Source: Folioceros fuciformis
Lineage: Eukaryota
Length of the DNA: 51,725 bases
Assembly (NCBI GenBank): GCA_049999805.1
Contig: JBNGIO010005827.1
Coordinates: 62,001-113,725, forward strand
Reading direction: 5' to 3'
In this document: positions 1-12,459 of the stretch, one piece after another
Position numbering within the stretch: the first letter of the stretch is position 1
Layout: every line of letters starts with the position of its first letter
Made by a program: the position numbers and the translations under genes
The notes under the pieces: generated by a model
The model's input: only the letters and a program-made list of their open reading frames with translations
The model's database searches: none
Told to the model about the DNA's origin: nothing

Positions 1-3000
1 TCTGACCTCATCCTGCTCTCTTTTATACCTCTTGGCTAACTTTTTAAATTTCTCCAATGTGGCCATTGGCTCTTGGGCTCGGAATATCTCATTTTGAAGC
101 TCTTCGATGGTGGCATGGGTCAACTTCATCTGATTCACCAAAGCTTCATGTTGCTTCGCCATCACCTCCAACTCTCCTTGCACTTTACCCAATAATTCCT
201 CGCTTGCCCACTTGCGTTCCTTGGCCACTTTGTTTTTGCCTTCAACCTCCTCCAACCTGGCCTTCAGTAGATTCTCTTGTTGCCCTTGCATGCTGAGCCA
301 TGTGAGTGCCATGACGGCCTAGTTGAGGAGGTCTGCCTATGTCTGAGCCATGGCAGTGGTTAGTCCCTGTAAATCCTGGAACGGGGTGGCCCCTACGTCC
401 ATCCTTTTCCACAACCACTCCTTCACGCGAGCCGCGCTCCCTGTTTCTACTCTTGTTGGAACGCTTAAAGACGTGGTCCCGAAAACATTCTTCCACTCCT
501 TGGGAGCCTCCTCCGTCTGCGCTAGCCCTCCAGCCCCAACTACTCACTCATTAACCCTTGGCACTTCATTTTTCAGCCCTTGATTGAGGTCAGTCTGCTT
601 TTCTTCTAGCTCCTCTCATGCTCTAGTGGTCACCCTAGACCTGGTGACTCAGGGAGGGGTTGCTGCTCCCTGCTCACTTGTTATGGCTTTCCCCTTCTTT
701 GCCACCTTTCGTCTTATTGTTCGGCCCTTCCTCTTTCTGGTCATCACGACCTCCCCCTTAGAATCTCTTGGAGGCTCGGGTTCCCAGATACTGGAGTCCA
801 TGACCGCCACAAAGTCGCGAGAGGGGCTAGAAAAGGGGAAAGGATAGGCTACCCCCGCCACAGCGCTGAAAGATAATGGGTGAGGGATTAAGAAGACCAT
901 AGTTGGGGTAGGAGGGTTAGAGCCGGTGGAGGGGAATTTTGAGGGGTGGGAGGCCATCTTCGGGGCCACTCCCTTGAATTGACCAACAGGGGTGGAAGCG
1001 GAGGACGTACCCCAAGTGAAGGAGTGGCTTTGGAGAAGAATGGTGACAAGAGCAACGCCAATCGGTGATTTGCAAGGACTGGCTCAGCCATGGCCCAGAC
1101 CCAGACAGATCTGCTCAATGAGGCCGCCGTGGCGCTCACATGGCTTAGCATGCAAGGATAGCAGGAGCAGGTGCTAAAGGAAAAGTTTGAGGAGGTCGAA
1201 GGAAGGAATAAGGTAGTGGAGGATCAAAGGCGGGCGAGTGACGAGCTACTGGGCAAGGCACAAAAGGAATTGAAGGTACTGACAAATCAACAGGAAGCGC
1301 TGGTAAATCAGGTGAAAACAACCCATGCCACAATTGAAGAGCTCAAGAACGAAATCTCCTGGACTCAGGAGCTAGTGGCAACCCTGGAGAAATTCAAAAG
1401 GTTAGTCGAGAAGTACAAGAGGGACCGGGATGAGGCAAGAGCCAAGGTCGCGAGTGAGGTAGGGAAGTCAAAGAAAGGGAAAGGTTCCACTACCGTAGTG
1501 GCTGAAGGCACAACCGTGGTGGAACCGAGCACGGTTGCTGGACATGGAACCTAAGTGGCTGAACCAGCAATTGTGGCTGAAGGAGGAACGTATGATAGTA
1601 GGTCTAGTTAACTCTAGAACAGCCTTATCCTGGTTAGTTAATTAGGGTTAGGGCCATCTCACTAGGCACCATCTAAATAGTCACATGGTTACGACACGAC
1701 TGTTGGACATGACGGTTGGGTACACTCTAGGTTCGCCACGGGCGTCCCTCCCCATAATTGTTCAGTCTACTCCATTCCTTGTTCATCTCTTCCGATCACA
1801 CTACCGCTGCACGGTTTGGTTTACTGAATGAACGGGGGTAGTGGAACTGGCTATCGATGAACCTATGGTAGAGGAGTAGGGAACACCCTTGGAATGCAAG
1901 AGGTAGCCACCCCAGGACTGCCAATGGGGGGCGTGGGTAAGGATCTCTCCAGTAGGGGGCCCCATTGTGATATGACGTAGGGATGAAGATACCCATGTCC
2001 CTGGCTTCCTATTGCATGGTGAGCGGGTGCTCACTCTAAATGTGTATGTGGTGGTTGGAACAGGAAGGGCAGGAACTACTGGCTGCACTTTTTAATAGCC
2101 ACAGGTTGTTACCACTAGTTCTTGCGAATGGGTGCTAGGGCGTACCCCTTCCAAGTGAGCTTGTAGGAGATGACCAAAGGAGAGGTGCAAGCTTGGGTGG
2201 AAGACCACACAGTGTGGTTCTCCAGTGATGAAGAACCAAGGAGAAGCCCTAGAAGAATGGAAAGGACTGTGGACAGTGGGAGCGAAGTAGAGGTATTGTG
2301 GGAAGATCTTCCGGATCAGCAACGGGGTAGAAGGGCCAGAGGGATTCCAAGAGAGAGGAGGCCAAGATGGCCACAGCTAAAACGGGCACGGTAGTCTAGG
2401 AGGCACTAGGTCAAATTTTTATTATAGGACAAAACAATGCATAAATTTTGAACCAAATAGTGTTGACTGTAGAAACGTGTGAGGAACCTTTAATTATTCC
2501 CTAAACACTCAGAAAGGCTGTGTAATGGCGCTTCAAGGTTGGCTATATAAGGGACGAGGTTGCGTCCCTCTCGATAGACAATTCCAATTGTCAACTTCCG
2601 TGTGTTGAATTTGTGTGCTGTGGGTTGGAGACATCCGATCGATGGAGGTCTAATTCGGCATGCTGTCCTCTCGTCACAAGAGGACCAGGAAGATCCTTGG
2701 GGTGCTCGAGAGCTGTGTGACCAGCTCCGTGACTGGTGTGGCTAGTGGAAGGGGTGCTCTGCACCTATGAGGAAGAGAAATTTTTGCAGAAGGTCAGGGT
2801 GGGAACGCGAGTTTCGCAAAACCCTAGGAAAGCCAAAAGGGAGCGCAAGTTTTGCGAAACTCTTGTGAGCCGTCCGACTGTGATTTTTCCCTTCCTCATT
2901 CCACTGCCTAACCAAGCCATGTTCAATCTCTGTGAGGAGTTTGTGTGGCTCAAGGAGGAGTCTGTGTGGCTCAAGGAGGAGTCTGTGTGGCTCAAGGAGG

Positions 3001-3550
3001 AGTATTTAGTGGAAATTGAGTGTGTTAGAAGTGTGTATGGTTGAGATTGAGAAGTGCTGAGAAATATTGTTGATAGATTGGGTGGGAAATCAGTGAGAAC
3101 CAGTAATGCAGAGAAGTGCCACGATGTGGCTCGCCCTAACCTGCATCTACCAGTGAGATCTGGTTGAAGAATAATGGGAGAATGATTGGGTGTGCATGAG
3201 AATCAGCCTGCACATGCCATAGCGCCTTCACAGGCGTGGCCAAAAACTCCACGTCATCTAGGCACCGTGACGTGCTCATGCGCCAGTCGGGTGGGTCCCA
3301 CCACGGTGGCGGAATCCACTACTGCGGTTGCGGAACTCCCTACGATGGCAAAGTTAGGGACAATGGTGGCAAACTTAGGTATGGTGGTGGAGTACGCCCG
3401 GATAGGATCTGACAATAGGAAGTCTAGAAGTCGTAAAATTGGAATAACTTAACATGAACCATTCCCTTGGGATCGAACCCTAGGACTATAACGACATAGA
3501 GGGTGAATGTGGCCCTCATTGTGTCCCCGGACACAGAATTTCACTCCACA
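1..3550. mobile_element. Unclassified degenerate repeat/TE-like region, possibly the end of an LTR element abutting the Harbinger relic
   Basis: Short broken ORFs, including a coiled-coil-like ORF at 1171-1554. An 18-bp degenerate 'TTVVAE'-type repeat block occurs at ~1485-1610 and again at ~3295-3430. The region ends ...CTCCACA at 3550, exactly where transposase homology begins. No diagnostic protein domain recognised. Confidence 0.3.
2933..3003 (+). repeat. 21-bp tandem repeat, ~3 copies (GTGTGGCTCAAGGAGGAGTCT)
   Basis: Read directly; translates as repeated VWLKEES. Confidence 0.9.
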
Positions 3551-4109
3551 GCAATCAACGTCACCCATGTGAAAATTGAGCTCATGACACGGGAATGGCA
3601 ACTGACTATTTTGATACAAACCATGACTACAATGTTTGCATTCAGGCGGTTGTCGATATGAACATGTGATTTTTGGATGTTTTTGTAGGCTTCCTAGATT
3701 CCATTAATGATGCTAGAATTCTCAGCAATTCAAGCTTATATCAAAAAGCTATGGAAGGAGAAATCTTAAATGAGGACCATATTAGAGTCAAGTAATTCAA
3801 TGTTCAAGAGTTTATAGTGGGTGATGTAGGCTACCCATTGTTGCCTTGGTTATGAACACCCTTCCTAGGCATGCATGTCTCTTCGGAGAAGGACTATTTC
3901 AATTTTAAGCATTCCTCATCACACATAGTGGTAGAACGGGCTTCTAGGAATCTTGAAGGAGCATGGAGACTACTGAGTGAAACAATGTGGAAACCAAACA
4001 AGGAACATGAAGACTAATGAGCGAACTATGTGGAAACCAAACATGGACTCGTTATGGGCAATCTTGATGTGTTGTTGTTACTTGCTTTATGTCCTCATTA
4101 ATAAGGGTG
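3551..4109 (+). pseudogene. PIF/Harbinger DDE transposase (HARBI1/ALP1-like), 5' part, degraded
   Basis: Manual translation gives AINVTHVKIEL / DYNVCIQAVVDMNM*FLDVFVGFLDSINDARILSNSSLY / EFIVGDVGYPLLPWL*TPF / FNFKHSSSHIVVERA...WRLL...MWKPN. These are the DDE_Tnp_4 motifs (IDxTH, QAVVD, VGDxGYPLxPWL, FNxxHS). It contains stops and frameshifts and is interrupted by the Copia LTR at 4110. Confidence 0.85.
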
Positions 4110-4267
4110 TGATAATAAGCAGAAGCTTGTTGTAAAATTGAATGAATGAATTAATACAAAATTGTATATGTTTAAATACTTGCTGAAGTGTCCGTTCACT
4201 TTAACCTAACTATCATTAAGTTATAATAGGTTAATCTGTGTTAGGATATCTATAATAACCCTTAACA
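4110..4267 (-). repeat. Copia 3' LTR (158 bp)
   Basis: TGATAATAAG...CCCTTAACA; matches 15178-15336; adjacent purine tract (minus strand GACTAAGTGGGAG). Confidence 0.93.
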
Positions 4268-4280
4268 CTCCCACTTAGTC
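4268..4280 (-). promoter_or_regulatory. Polypurine tract (PPT) of the Copia element
   Basis: Plus-strand CTCCCACTTAGTC lies directly inside the 3' LTR. Confidence 0.7.
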
Positions 4281-5159
4281 GTAGACACAAATTAATGATT
4301 GGTAAACATTAAAACTCGCTACGCTTGGGCTACACGGGTTTCTCCACAACTGAACGGATCAAGTAGTGATTACTCCCACTCTTCAAGAGTTGCACCTACT
4401 CTTCTGATTGCCATTCCAAATTCGTGCGGCTCAAGGCTGTGAGCGATGGAGCCGTTTCTAACCGTCTTTATATGCGTGCTCACCACACTTCTAACATCCA
4501 GAGTTGAAGCAGCGCTCATCAGCAGGATGTCGCGGACCAGGAATCGCGTTCTGTCTTGCCAAGAACAACCTCCTGTGCACCATCTTGGAATAGGCCATCC
4601 AAGCTCAAGTCTATTGGAGCCCGAAGACACTGAAGAGCCCTCGCTTCTAGAGTCACAGCAACGACCAACTATGGCCAACAGGAACACGTTCTGTCACCTA
4701 CACGCTGTTCTGAGAATTGCGATGAGTTGGCTGAGGCCCTAAAGGAGTCAAGCCGCATACTATACGAGTTGCAAGAGTTGTTGTCTCCCAGGCCTAATCC
4801 TAAGGACCTTAATCTTCCTTTGACAGAAGTAGAGTGATAGCACATGGTGAAGGAGCTTGTCCTGATGGGTTACGATGAAGAGGTTGATGGTGGAAAACCT
4901 TACAGTCCCACTCACGTATACTGGTAAGTGATGGAGACTGCTACCATAAAATTTGCTGCAGACAATTTACGCTTTGTACTTTGACTTGTAAACTTCATCC
5001 ACTAAACTGTTGTTACCTGAATTTGCCTGTATCAAGAAGGACGATAACGAGAAGATATTTAAGCGATCAGGCTGGGTGTCTAGACCTCCTTAACCAATCG
5101 ACAACAAATACATCAATTCCTTGGGTTTCTTCATCCTTCCTGTAGGGCAAATAACGACC

Positions 5160-8050
5160 TCAAGTTGTAGAAGAGGGAGTAAGCATAACAAAATCCTTTA
5201 GCCGAAGGGTTGCCACATGTCTATAGTGCTTTGTCTTAGCAAGCCCCTTAGTCAAAACATCGGCAGTGTTGCTGTCTGTATGTATGTACTCAACCTTCAC
5301 AACTCCTCTTTTTGCTACTTCACGTATAAAATGATAATACAACTCTATATGTTTTGTGCGTGCATGAAATCTCGGATTCGAGACCAAGGCAATGGCACTC
5401 ATATTATCGCAGAAAAGCTGGGTTGGTTCTGTCTAAGGTAATTGAATACCATCCAGGAATTGTCTTTCCTACTCCGCTTCCTTGCAAGCATTTGTTAAGG
5501 CTTTATACTTAGCTTCAGTACTCGAAAGCGCTAACGATGCTTGCTTTTTACAGGACCAGTTTACAGATAGTTGAAACAAATAGGCTGAAAGACTCAACAT
5601 AAGGTACAACTTGCATGTCAGCAAGATCTGTAGCAGTTGATGGGGACATATCTACTGTTAACTTTACTCCCACTCTTGAGGGAGTGGATACAGGACGAGC
5701 AGCATCAAGGCCGAAACGTTTCAAGATCTCCTTGAGATATTTGGTTTGATGTAATACAATCATTCCAGCAGGCCTATCTCGAAGAATCTGAGTTCCAAGG
5801 CAAAACTGTAATTCTCCTTGGTCTGTCATTTCAAACTCTACTCGAAGCAAGGCCTTTGATTTATGTAACATAGAGGTACTGTTACTCAACAGCATGGCAT
5901 CATCAACATAAAGAGCAAGAATAACGAAGAAGTCCCCTTCTGCGAAATAGAACACATTGGAGTCTACCCCACACTACACAAAGCCCTTTTTCTTGAGGTA
6001 CTTCATAATACGTTATACCAAGCCCTCGGGCTCTGTTTCAATCCATAGAGGCTTTTCAGGAGCTTACATATTCGTTGGGGCCATTGAGCACTAACAAAAC
6101 CCTCTGGCTGCTCCATGTACAGGACCTCCTGAAGCTCACCATGGAGAAATGCTCTACAAATATCCATATGATGAACCTCGAGATCAAACTATGTAGCCAT
6201 TGCAAGCAAAATCCGAATAAAAGGTGGTTTAACAACAGGAGAAAACGTCTCCCCATAATCCACTCCTGGGATTTGGCTAAAGCCTCTTGGAACCAATCGA
6301 GACTTATAGCGAGCAATCGTGCCATCAGACTTTAGTTTAGTTTTAAACACCCACTTACAGGTGATGGGTTTACGACCAGAAGGTAAGTCCACCAGTTCCC
6401 ATGTATTAATCTTAATTAAGCTATTCTACTCCTCATTTATGCTAATCCTCCAATGGTCACCATTAGGGCCATTGAGTGCTTCACTGTAGGACTGAGGATC
6501 ATGCCTCACTTCTGGAATAGATAAGTTTCCCACATATGCTGATTTTCGAGCGTCAACAGACTCATATGGCACTTCTGTCCATTCTGACCTTGGCCTCCGA
6601 TCTCTAACAGGATAACGTGGAGAGGGAGTTTCAGCAGGAATTTCAGCTCCCACTGAATCTATTGGGTTAGATATATCATCTTCACCACCATCAGATCTGT
6701 CAAACTATGAGCCATCACCAGTCATAATATCTGGGTCGAGGCCTTCATTAGGGCCAACAGATTGCAAATGAGAATCCGTATCCTCATCAACCTGAACATC
6801 TGAAGTTGCCTCCTCACCATCCGAATTTGGATACACATCTGGTAAAGGTGGTTGAACAGCAGGCAATCTAGAGCCAAGTGAAGCAGACATTGGAGCATCA
6901 CCAGAATAGTCAACGATTACCTTACTATTTGAATCATCATGTTCAACGGAGGTAACATCTCCCTCAAGTAATTCATGTGAAGGATTTGATCTAGGAGAGG
7001 TAAGCTCACAAAACGTGACACTTCTTACGAGCACCGCCTTATGAGTTTGGAATTAATCAACTTATAGGCCTTACTTTCCTTCGAGTAACCTAGGAACAAG
7101 TAAGGAACTGCCCTATCATCTAACTTCTTCCTTCTCTTTGCAGGAACATATACAAAGGCAGATGATCCAAATACTCTTAAGTGGTTTATACTGGGCTTAC
7201 GTCCCCAGAACACTTCATAAGGAGTCCTTCCTCGAACAGCGGATGTAAGTAGTTTGTTCATTATATATGTTCTTAAGTAATCGTGCATAAGATAGCATAC
7301 TTCGAGTCATGCCCATAAGTGTCTGGTTCTTACGCTTAGCAACATTGTTTTGCTGTTGTGTGTAGGGTACAACTAGTTGGCGAATGATGCCACACTTTTT
7401 AAATAGCTCATCATATTTGTAGCCAACAAACTCACCTCCATTGTACCAGGTAGCCGGTTTGGCGTTGAACCATGACAATCCAGGATGCAATCTAATCAAA
7501 AGCGTCACTTTTGTGCCGCAATGGGTAAGTCCAAGTATATCTTGAATAATCATGAGTGATTTTTAGATAGTACTCAACACCATCTAGTGACTTAATCTGC
7601 AGTTTTCTAGCTATGTCACCATGTACCAACTCTAGCAAGGATGTTGCCCTTATGGCATCCTTATTTTTGAAAGGTAGTTCTTTTTGTTTAGACATGACAT
7701 AGGAACTGCAAACAGGAAGGGATTTGAAACATGAAGGCAACTTCTCTCTGTAACAATCTAACGCTGACATAAGGTCAAGTTTGGTTTTATTTACATGACC
7801 TTATCTAGCATGCCACAACTTAGCCTGATTCATAGAAGTGAATGCATATGCTCGTTCTAACCTTTTGGATGTAGTGAACAGCTGGTACAAGTTACCAACT
7901 ACTGCAGCTTCTGCTACATGATGGTCAGAATCATTTAAGTTGTAAATGTAACAGTGGTTAGCTTCAAAACGGAAACCATACAACTGACTACTTGTAATTG
8001 CTCGGATGGAGATCAAGTTCTTCGACATGGAGGGCACACAAAGGACATCT
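5160..8050 (-). pseudogene. Copia pol: end of protease region, GAG-pre-integrase, integrase, RT, RNase H (frameshifted)
   Basis: ORF fragments DVLCVPSMSKNLISI, KLWHAR, LLELVHGDI, VPYTQQQNNVAKRKNQTL, TPYEVFWGRKPSINHLRVFGS, KPITCKWVFKTK...RYKSRLV, LYVDDAML, FHARTKHIELYYHFIRE. Confidence 0.93.
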
Positions 8051-8830
8051 TGTCGTGCAAGGCACACAGCAGACGGTCACGCCGGTGATAAGTGTGGCAG
8101 CCTCCAGGCAGGAGCATCAGCTGAATAACACAGCACATACCAAAGAAAGTGGTAAGAAGGTTAGCATCCCGCAAGGTGCTGAGCACTGGGAAAATGTGGA
8201 ACCCCCATCCCCCGACATGGAATATGCTCACACGCAGATTTCTGGACGGTTTTGTTGGAAGAACTTGATTGACTGGCTGCCTATGCCAGGCAGGTTGGAG
8301 TTGGGTAAATCACACCAGGTGTTGCAGCGAGATAGGAAGAACATCAATCCTTACAACTCTTGAGCCCAAATATGGCTGGAACAACAAAAGCAATTGAGTT
8401 TCTAAGATAGCGGCAGGCACTCTCCCTTGGTGCGACTTCGACGACTAGCAGCCTCCATCTCCATCTCCACGGTTTAGCATGGTGGCCATGGCTGACGTCA
8501 GCGATTCTGGTGCGGGCTTGCCTCTTTGAGTCATGATCATTTGGTTGGNNNNNNNNNNNNNNNNNNNNNNNNNNNNNNNNNNNNNNNNNNNNNNNNNNNN
8601 NNNNNNNNNNNNNNNNNNNNNNNNNNNNNNNNNNNNNNNNNNNNNNNNAGCAGGGCAGCTGCAAGCATGCCCTAATCCACGTTCTCTAGTTTTTGGTGTT
8701 TACTAATTACCGTTTAGCATTTGCTAATTGCCAACATTTAAATGGCATTATCCTAAACTAATCCTTATTTAAAAGGATAATTGTTTCACGCTGCTTACTC
8801 AACCTTAAGCTCACCTTTGGTATCGTGACA
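8051..8830 (-). repeat. Gypsy 3' LTR (contains an assembly gap)
   Basis: Its 8809-8830 end (GCTCACCTTTGGTATCGTGACA) matches the remnant at 12438-12459. Its first 130 bp are repeated at 8833-8962. Confidence 0.75.
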
Positions 8831-9105
8831 GCTGTCGAGCGAGGCACATAGGAGACGGTCAAGCTGGTGATAAGTGTGGCAACCTCCAGCCAGGAGCATC
8901 AGCTGAATAACACAGCACATACCAAAGAAAGTGGTAAGAAGGTTAGCATCATGCAAGGTGCTNNNNNNNNNNNNNNNNNNNNNNNNNNNNNNNNNNNNNN
9001 NNNNNNNNNNNNNNNNNNNNNNNNNNNNNNNNNNNNNNNNNNNNNNNNNNNNNNNNNNNNNNCTAGCAAAAAGAAAGGGCTCGTCCACGCCGGGTACTCA
9101 TGCCC

Positions 9106-9270
9106 TCAGCTAGCTGTAGGAATAGCACACTGGGGGCAATACCATAACTGTTCAGGTACCTCAGTCAGCGGTGGATCCAAGCAAAACAAATGGAATCCGC
9201 CATTGCATCCATCACAGAGGAGCATGAGCTCTGCATCATCTACCCTGCGACACACCTGGCAAGAGTAATC
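9106..9270 (-). other. PHD finger (C4HC3) at the C-terminus of the Gypsy integrase
   Basis: CQVCRRVDDAELMLLCDGCNGGFHLFCLDPPLTEVPEQLWYCPQC has canonical PHD spacing. Confidence 0.92.
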
Positions 9271-12142
9271 CTCCGGAGGGACCCAATTGGCTGTGACAAT
9301 GGTGGGGTCCAAGTTGGGTAGGTGGCAGGGGGCACCATTCTTGGTGTGATCTGTAATAGTCCTGCCATCTACCCCCTGTAGCAGCAGCACCCGTTAGGTC
9401 TCACTTCCCTGATCCGCAGCACATGGTGGCTAGTGCTAGTGTCTAGTGTATCACCAGTCTGTCGCTGCAAATACACAAAGCCCCCAAATTGGAACTTCTT
9501 AAGTTTGGGCTTGAAACTTCCGCTCCTGGTATAGGCATACCTAAGAGTGTCCCTGTGTTGTGCGATGTGCAAATTTGCCATAGCCATGGGCATGACTTGC
9601 CTAAACATCGTAGCCCTCTCCCCAATGACTTTGGCCCATACAGCCGGACTGTCTAAGTCCACCACCTGCTGTAGTTGCTTGGTGATGGAGTAGGTGGCAT
9701 TGGCTCACGGCCAAAAAGTAGGAAATACGGTGAGAAGTGTGCCAAAGAGGCATGCTTACTCATCCGGTATCCCATTGTGATGTAGGGCAAGACGAGATCC
9801 CACTCGGTCTCAGGCATTTGTAGACAGAGCTTCCTCAAGCCCTTCTTAAGTGTCTGGACCATTCGCTCTGCAAGACCATCAGCCTAGGGATGGTCTCTGC
9901 TTGTCCTGCGATGATCTATCAATGCTGCATCCAATAGATCTTGGAATTCACCCCTGAATTCTGACCCCTGGTCAGTTAAACATTCTGCACAACTACCGAA
10001 ACGGCTGAGTACATTCTGCAAGAATGCTTGAGAGGTGCTCCTGGACATCTTGTCAGGCAGCGCGACATACTCCACCCACTTGGAGAAATGCTCCATCATG
10101 ACAAGCACGTACACATTCCCACGTGCAGTGCGTGGCAGCTCCCCAATCACGTCACATGACCATCTGAAAAAGAGGCCCATGATAAGCAAAGGATGTAGCT
10201 CTGGGTGCCAGATGGTGAAGGAAGTCTTCACCCTGTCGCATGGCTCGTAGCAGGCAACCCAGTCATGCACTTGACCATGCATCCCATGCCAATAAAAATG
10301 AGGGGCTAGCAGGCTGTAAGTGCGTTTGACTCCAAAATGACCTCATATCATTGTGCACCTTACTAATTAGTGCAGCTCTGTTAGCTAGTGGTGGCACCAA
10401 GCGTTCAACTCCATGTGCCCGCTTCCTAATAACATAACCATCCCGCCAGTAATATGTGGCAGCACGATGCTTGACCTGTTTAGCTATGGTTGGTGGCAAC
10501 GTCGCATCTAGCTGTCCTGTTTGCAAATACTGTAGTGTGTAAGGATCCTCCCAAATGTCCTTAGCCAGTCGGGTGGGTACAAATGTGCTGCCACTGTCGA
10601 CACACACCATGGCCACCAGAGCAGCGACCTTGAATGGTTCATAGGCTCATAATCCTTCCTTGCCTCGGTGATGTCCTGACAGCTGCTGTCTGGATTCCTA
10701 GAGAGAGTGTCTGCATTCTGATGCTTCAGACCTGGTCTGTGAACCACCTGGAAATCATAATCCTGAAGATTCATGGCCCATCGAGCTAGCTTGCCGCTGA
10801 GCTTTGTGTTGGCCATGAGCCACTTGAGGGGCTGGTGGTCCGTCACCAGCGTGAATGCTTGTCCATAGAGATAAGGTCGAAAGTGGCAAACTGCCCAAAC
10901 AGCGGCGAGGCATTCACCTTCATAACTGCTGTAATTGGCCTCCGCCTTATTGTTGCTACGGGATGCATAGGCTATCACTCTCTCATTCCCTTCGTCATCA
11001 TGCTGAGCCAAAAGTGCCCCAAGGCCCAAGCTGCTCCAGTCTGTGTGTAGCACACAAATGGCTGTTTGAAATCAGGTTTGGCCATCACAAGTGCAGAGGT
11101 CAACTTGGATTTCAGGGTATCAAACGCCTCCTGCATAGCCTCAGTCCAAGTCCATACCACGTCCTTCTTGAGCAGGTCGTTGAGAGGCTTGGCAATACGG
11201 CTGAAGTTCTGGATAAATATCCGATAATAATTGCAAAGGCCAAGGAATGCTCACAAGGCAGAGAAGTTAGTGGGCTCCTTGACCTGCAGAATGGCCTGCA
11301 CTTTAGTTGAGTGTGGCATCACGCCGTTGGGAACCACCCTGTGTCCTAAATATGCAACTGTATTCATACCAAATTCACATTTGGCTAGATGGCACTTGAG
11401 TTGAGCCTTCCTTAGGGCAGCCAACCTATTGTGCTACATAGATAACGTCCTTGTGCACAGTGTGGACTTTGATTCACATTTGGAACACTTGGAGGACCAA
11501 AACTATGTCCATAACCCTCTGGAAGGTGACTGGAGCATTCTTGAAGCCGAACGGCATCACGAGCCACTCCCACAATTGCTGTGATCCGTGAAAGGTTGTC
11601 TTTTTGATGTCCTCCGATGCCACTGGCACTTGGTTGAACCCTTGCCTTAGATCCAGTATGGAGAAGTAGGCAGATCTGCCGATGCTGTCAAAGATCTCCT
11701 ACGGTGTAGGCATAGGGTACCTGTCCTGGGCTGTCACGACGTTGATAGGGCGATAATCGCCACACATTCTCTTCTCTGTCCATAGGCCATGGCTATCCTT
11801 CTTGGGTGGCATGACAGTCGCAGCAGCGTAATCAGAACTGGAAGGTTTGATTAGCCCTGCCTCACATAATTCCTTGCACCTGGCATCCACCATCTCCCAC
11901 TCAAATTGACTCAGCCGATACCTTCTGCGATATATGGGCTTCGGGCTTGTGAGGTTGATCCTGAAGGTTGTGACGTTGCAGCGTTTCAACTCCTTCATGG
12001 AGAACGCGAAGCAATCACTGTACTTGAGAATCAATGCCCAAATCTGCCTCTGCTGTTCATTAGTGAGTTGTGGTCCCATGTGCAAGTTGAACGTTTCAGC
12101 AGTGAGTGGCACCTTGGTTGATGGCTCTTGCCTCACATCCAC
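9106..12142 (-). pseudogene. Gypsy pol: RT, RNase H, integrase, PHD (frameshifted)
   Basis: KRMCGDYRPIN...DRYPMP and MPFGFKNAP (RT). HTDWSSLGLGALLAQ, YSSYEGECLA and TDHQPLKWL (RNase H). TDQGSEFRGEF and SPYFLLFGREP (integrase). Confidence 0.92.
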
Positions 12143-12303
12143 CTTGAAGGTCGATGCAGAAAAAACAAAGTGGTGCTAAGCAACATACTCCCCCCTCCTG
12201 CATCGAGCCTGAAAGGTAGGCAAGGATAGCCAGGAAAAGGTAGGTGCACTGCATCTGCTGGACAGGCCATGGCTAAAAGGCCTGCAAGGGTGCCTCTGTT
12301 TAG

Positions 12304-12441
12304 CAGTTGGAAAGCCAAGCATAAACTCACAAGCCAAGTGATGGCGTGCAAGTCCATAGCTCGACCGATAGCAGCACAGCGCTGAGAGACTGTAACCTGC
12401 GGTGCTGCCGTGGCATGTGCTGGACAGCCCATGATCTGCTC
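12304..12441 (-). pseudogene. Putative remnant of a C5 cytosine DNA methyltransferase C-terminus (motifs IX-X) upstream of Gypsy RT
   Basis: EQIMGCPAHATAAPQVTVSQRCAAIGRAMDLHAITWL resembles the DNMT3-like C-terminal pattern ExxxGFPxHYT...RxxxLGxSWxVxVI. Judged by eye over a short alignment. Confidence 0.5.
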
Positions 12442-12459
12442 ACCTTTGGTATAGTGACA

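Larger units (their letters stand above)
8051..12459 (-). mobile_element. Ty3/Gypsy LTR retrotransposon with a C-terminal PHD finger, 5'-internally deleted, nested in the Copia protease region
   Basis: Ends are TGTCG (8051) and GTGACA (12459), with flanking ATCT duplicated at 8047-8050 and 12460-12463. Removing the element restores the Copia frame (CAG TTG GAA GAT GTC CTT = QLEDVL). Domain order is RT-RNase H-integrase-PHD. Confidence 0.9.

Noticed and set aside
8344-9268. ORFs containing X runs (also at 14695-14982)
   Set aside because: They span assembly gaps and are artefacts.
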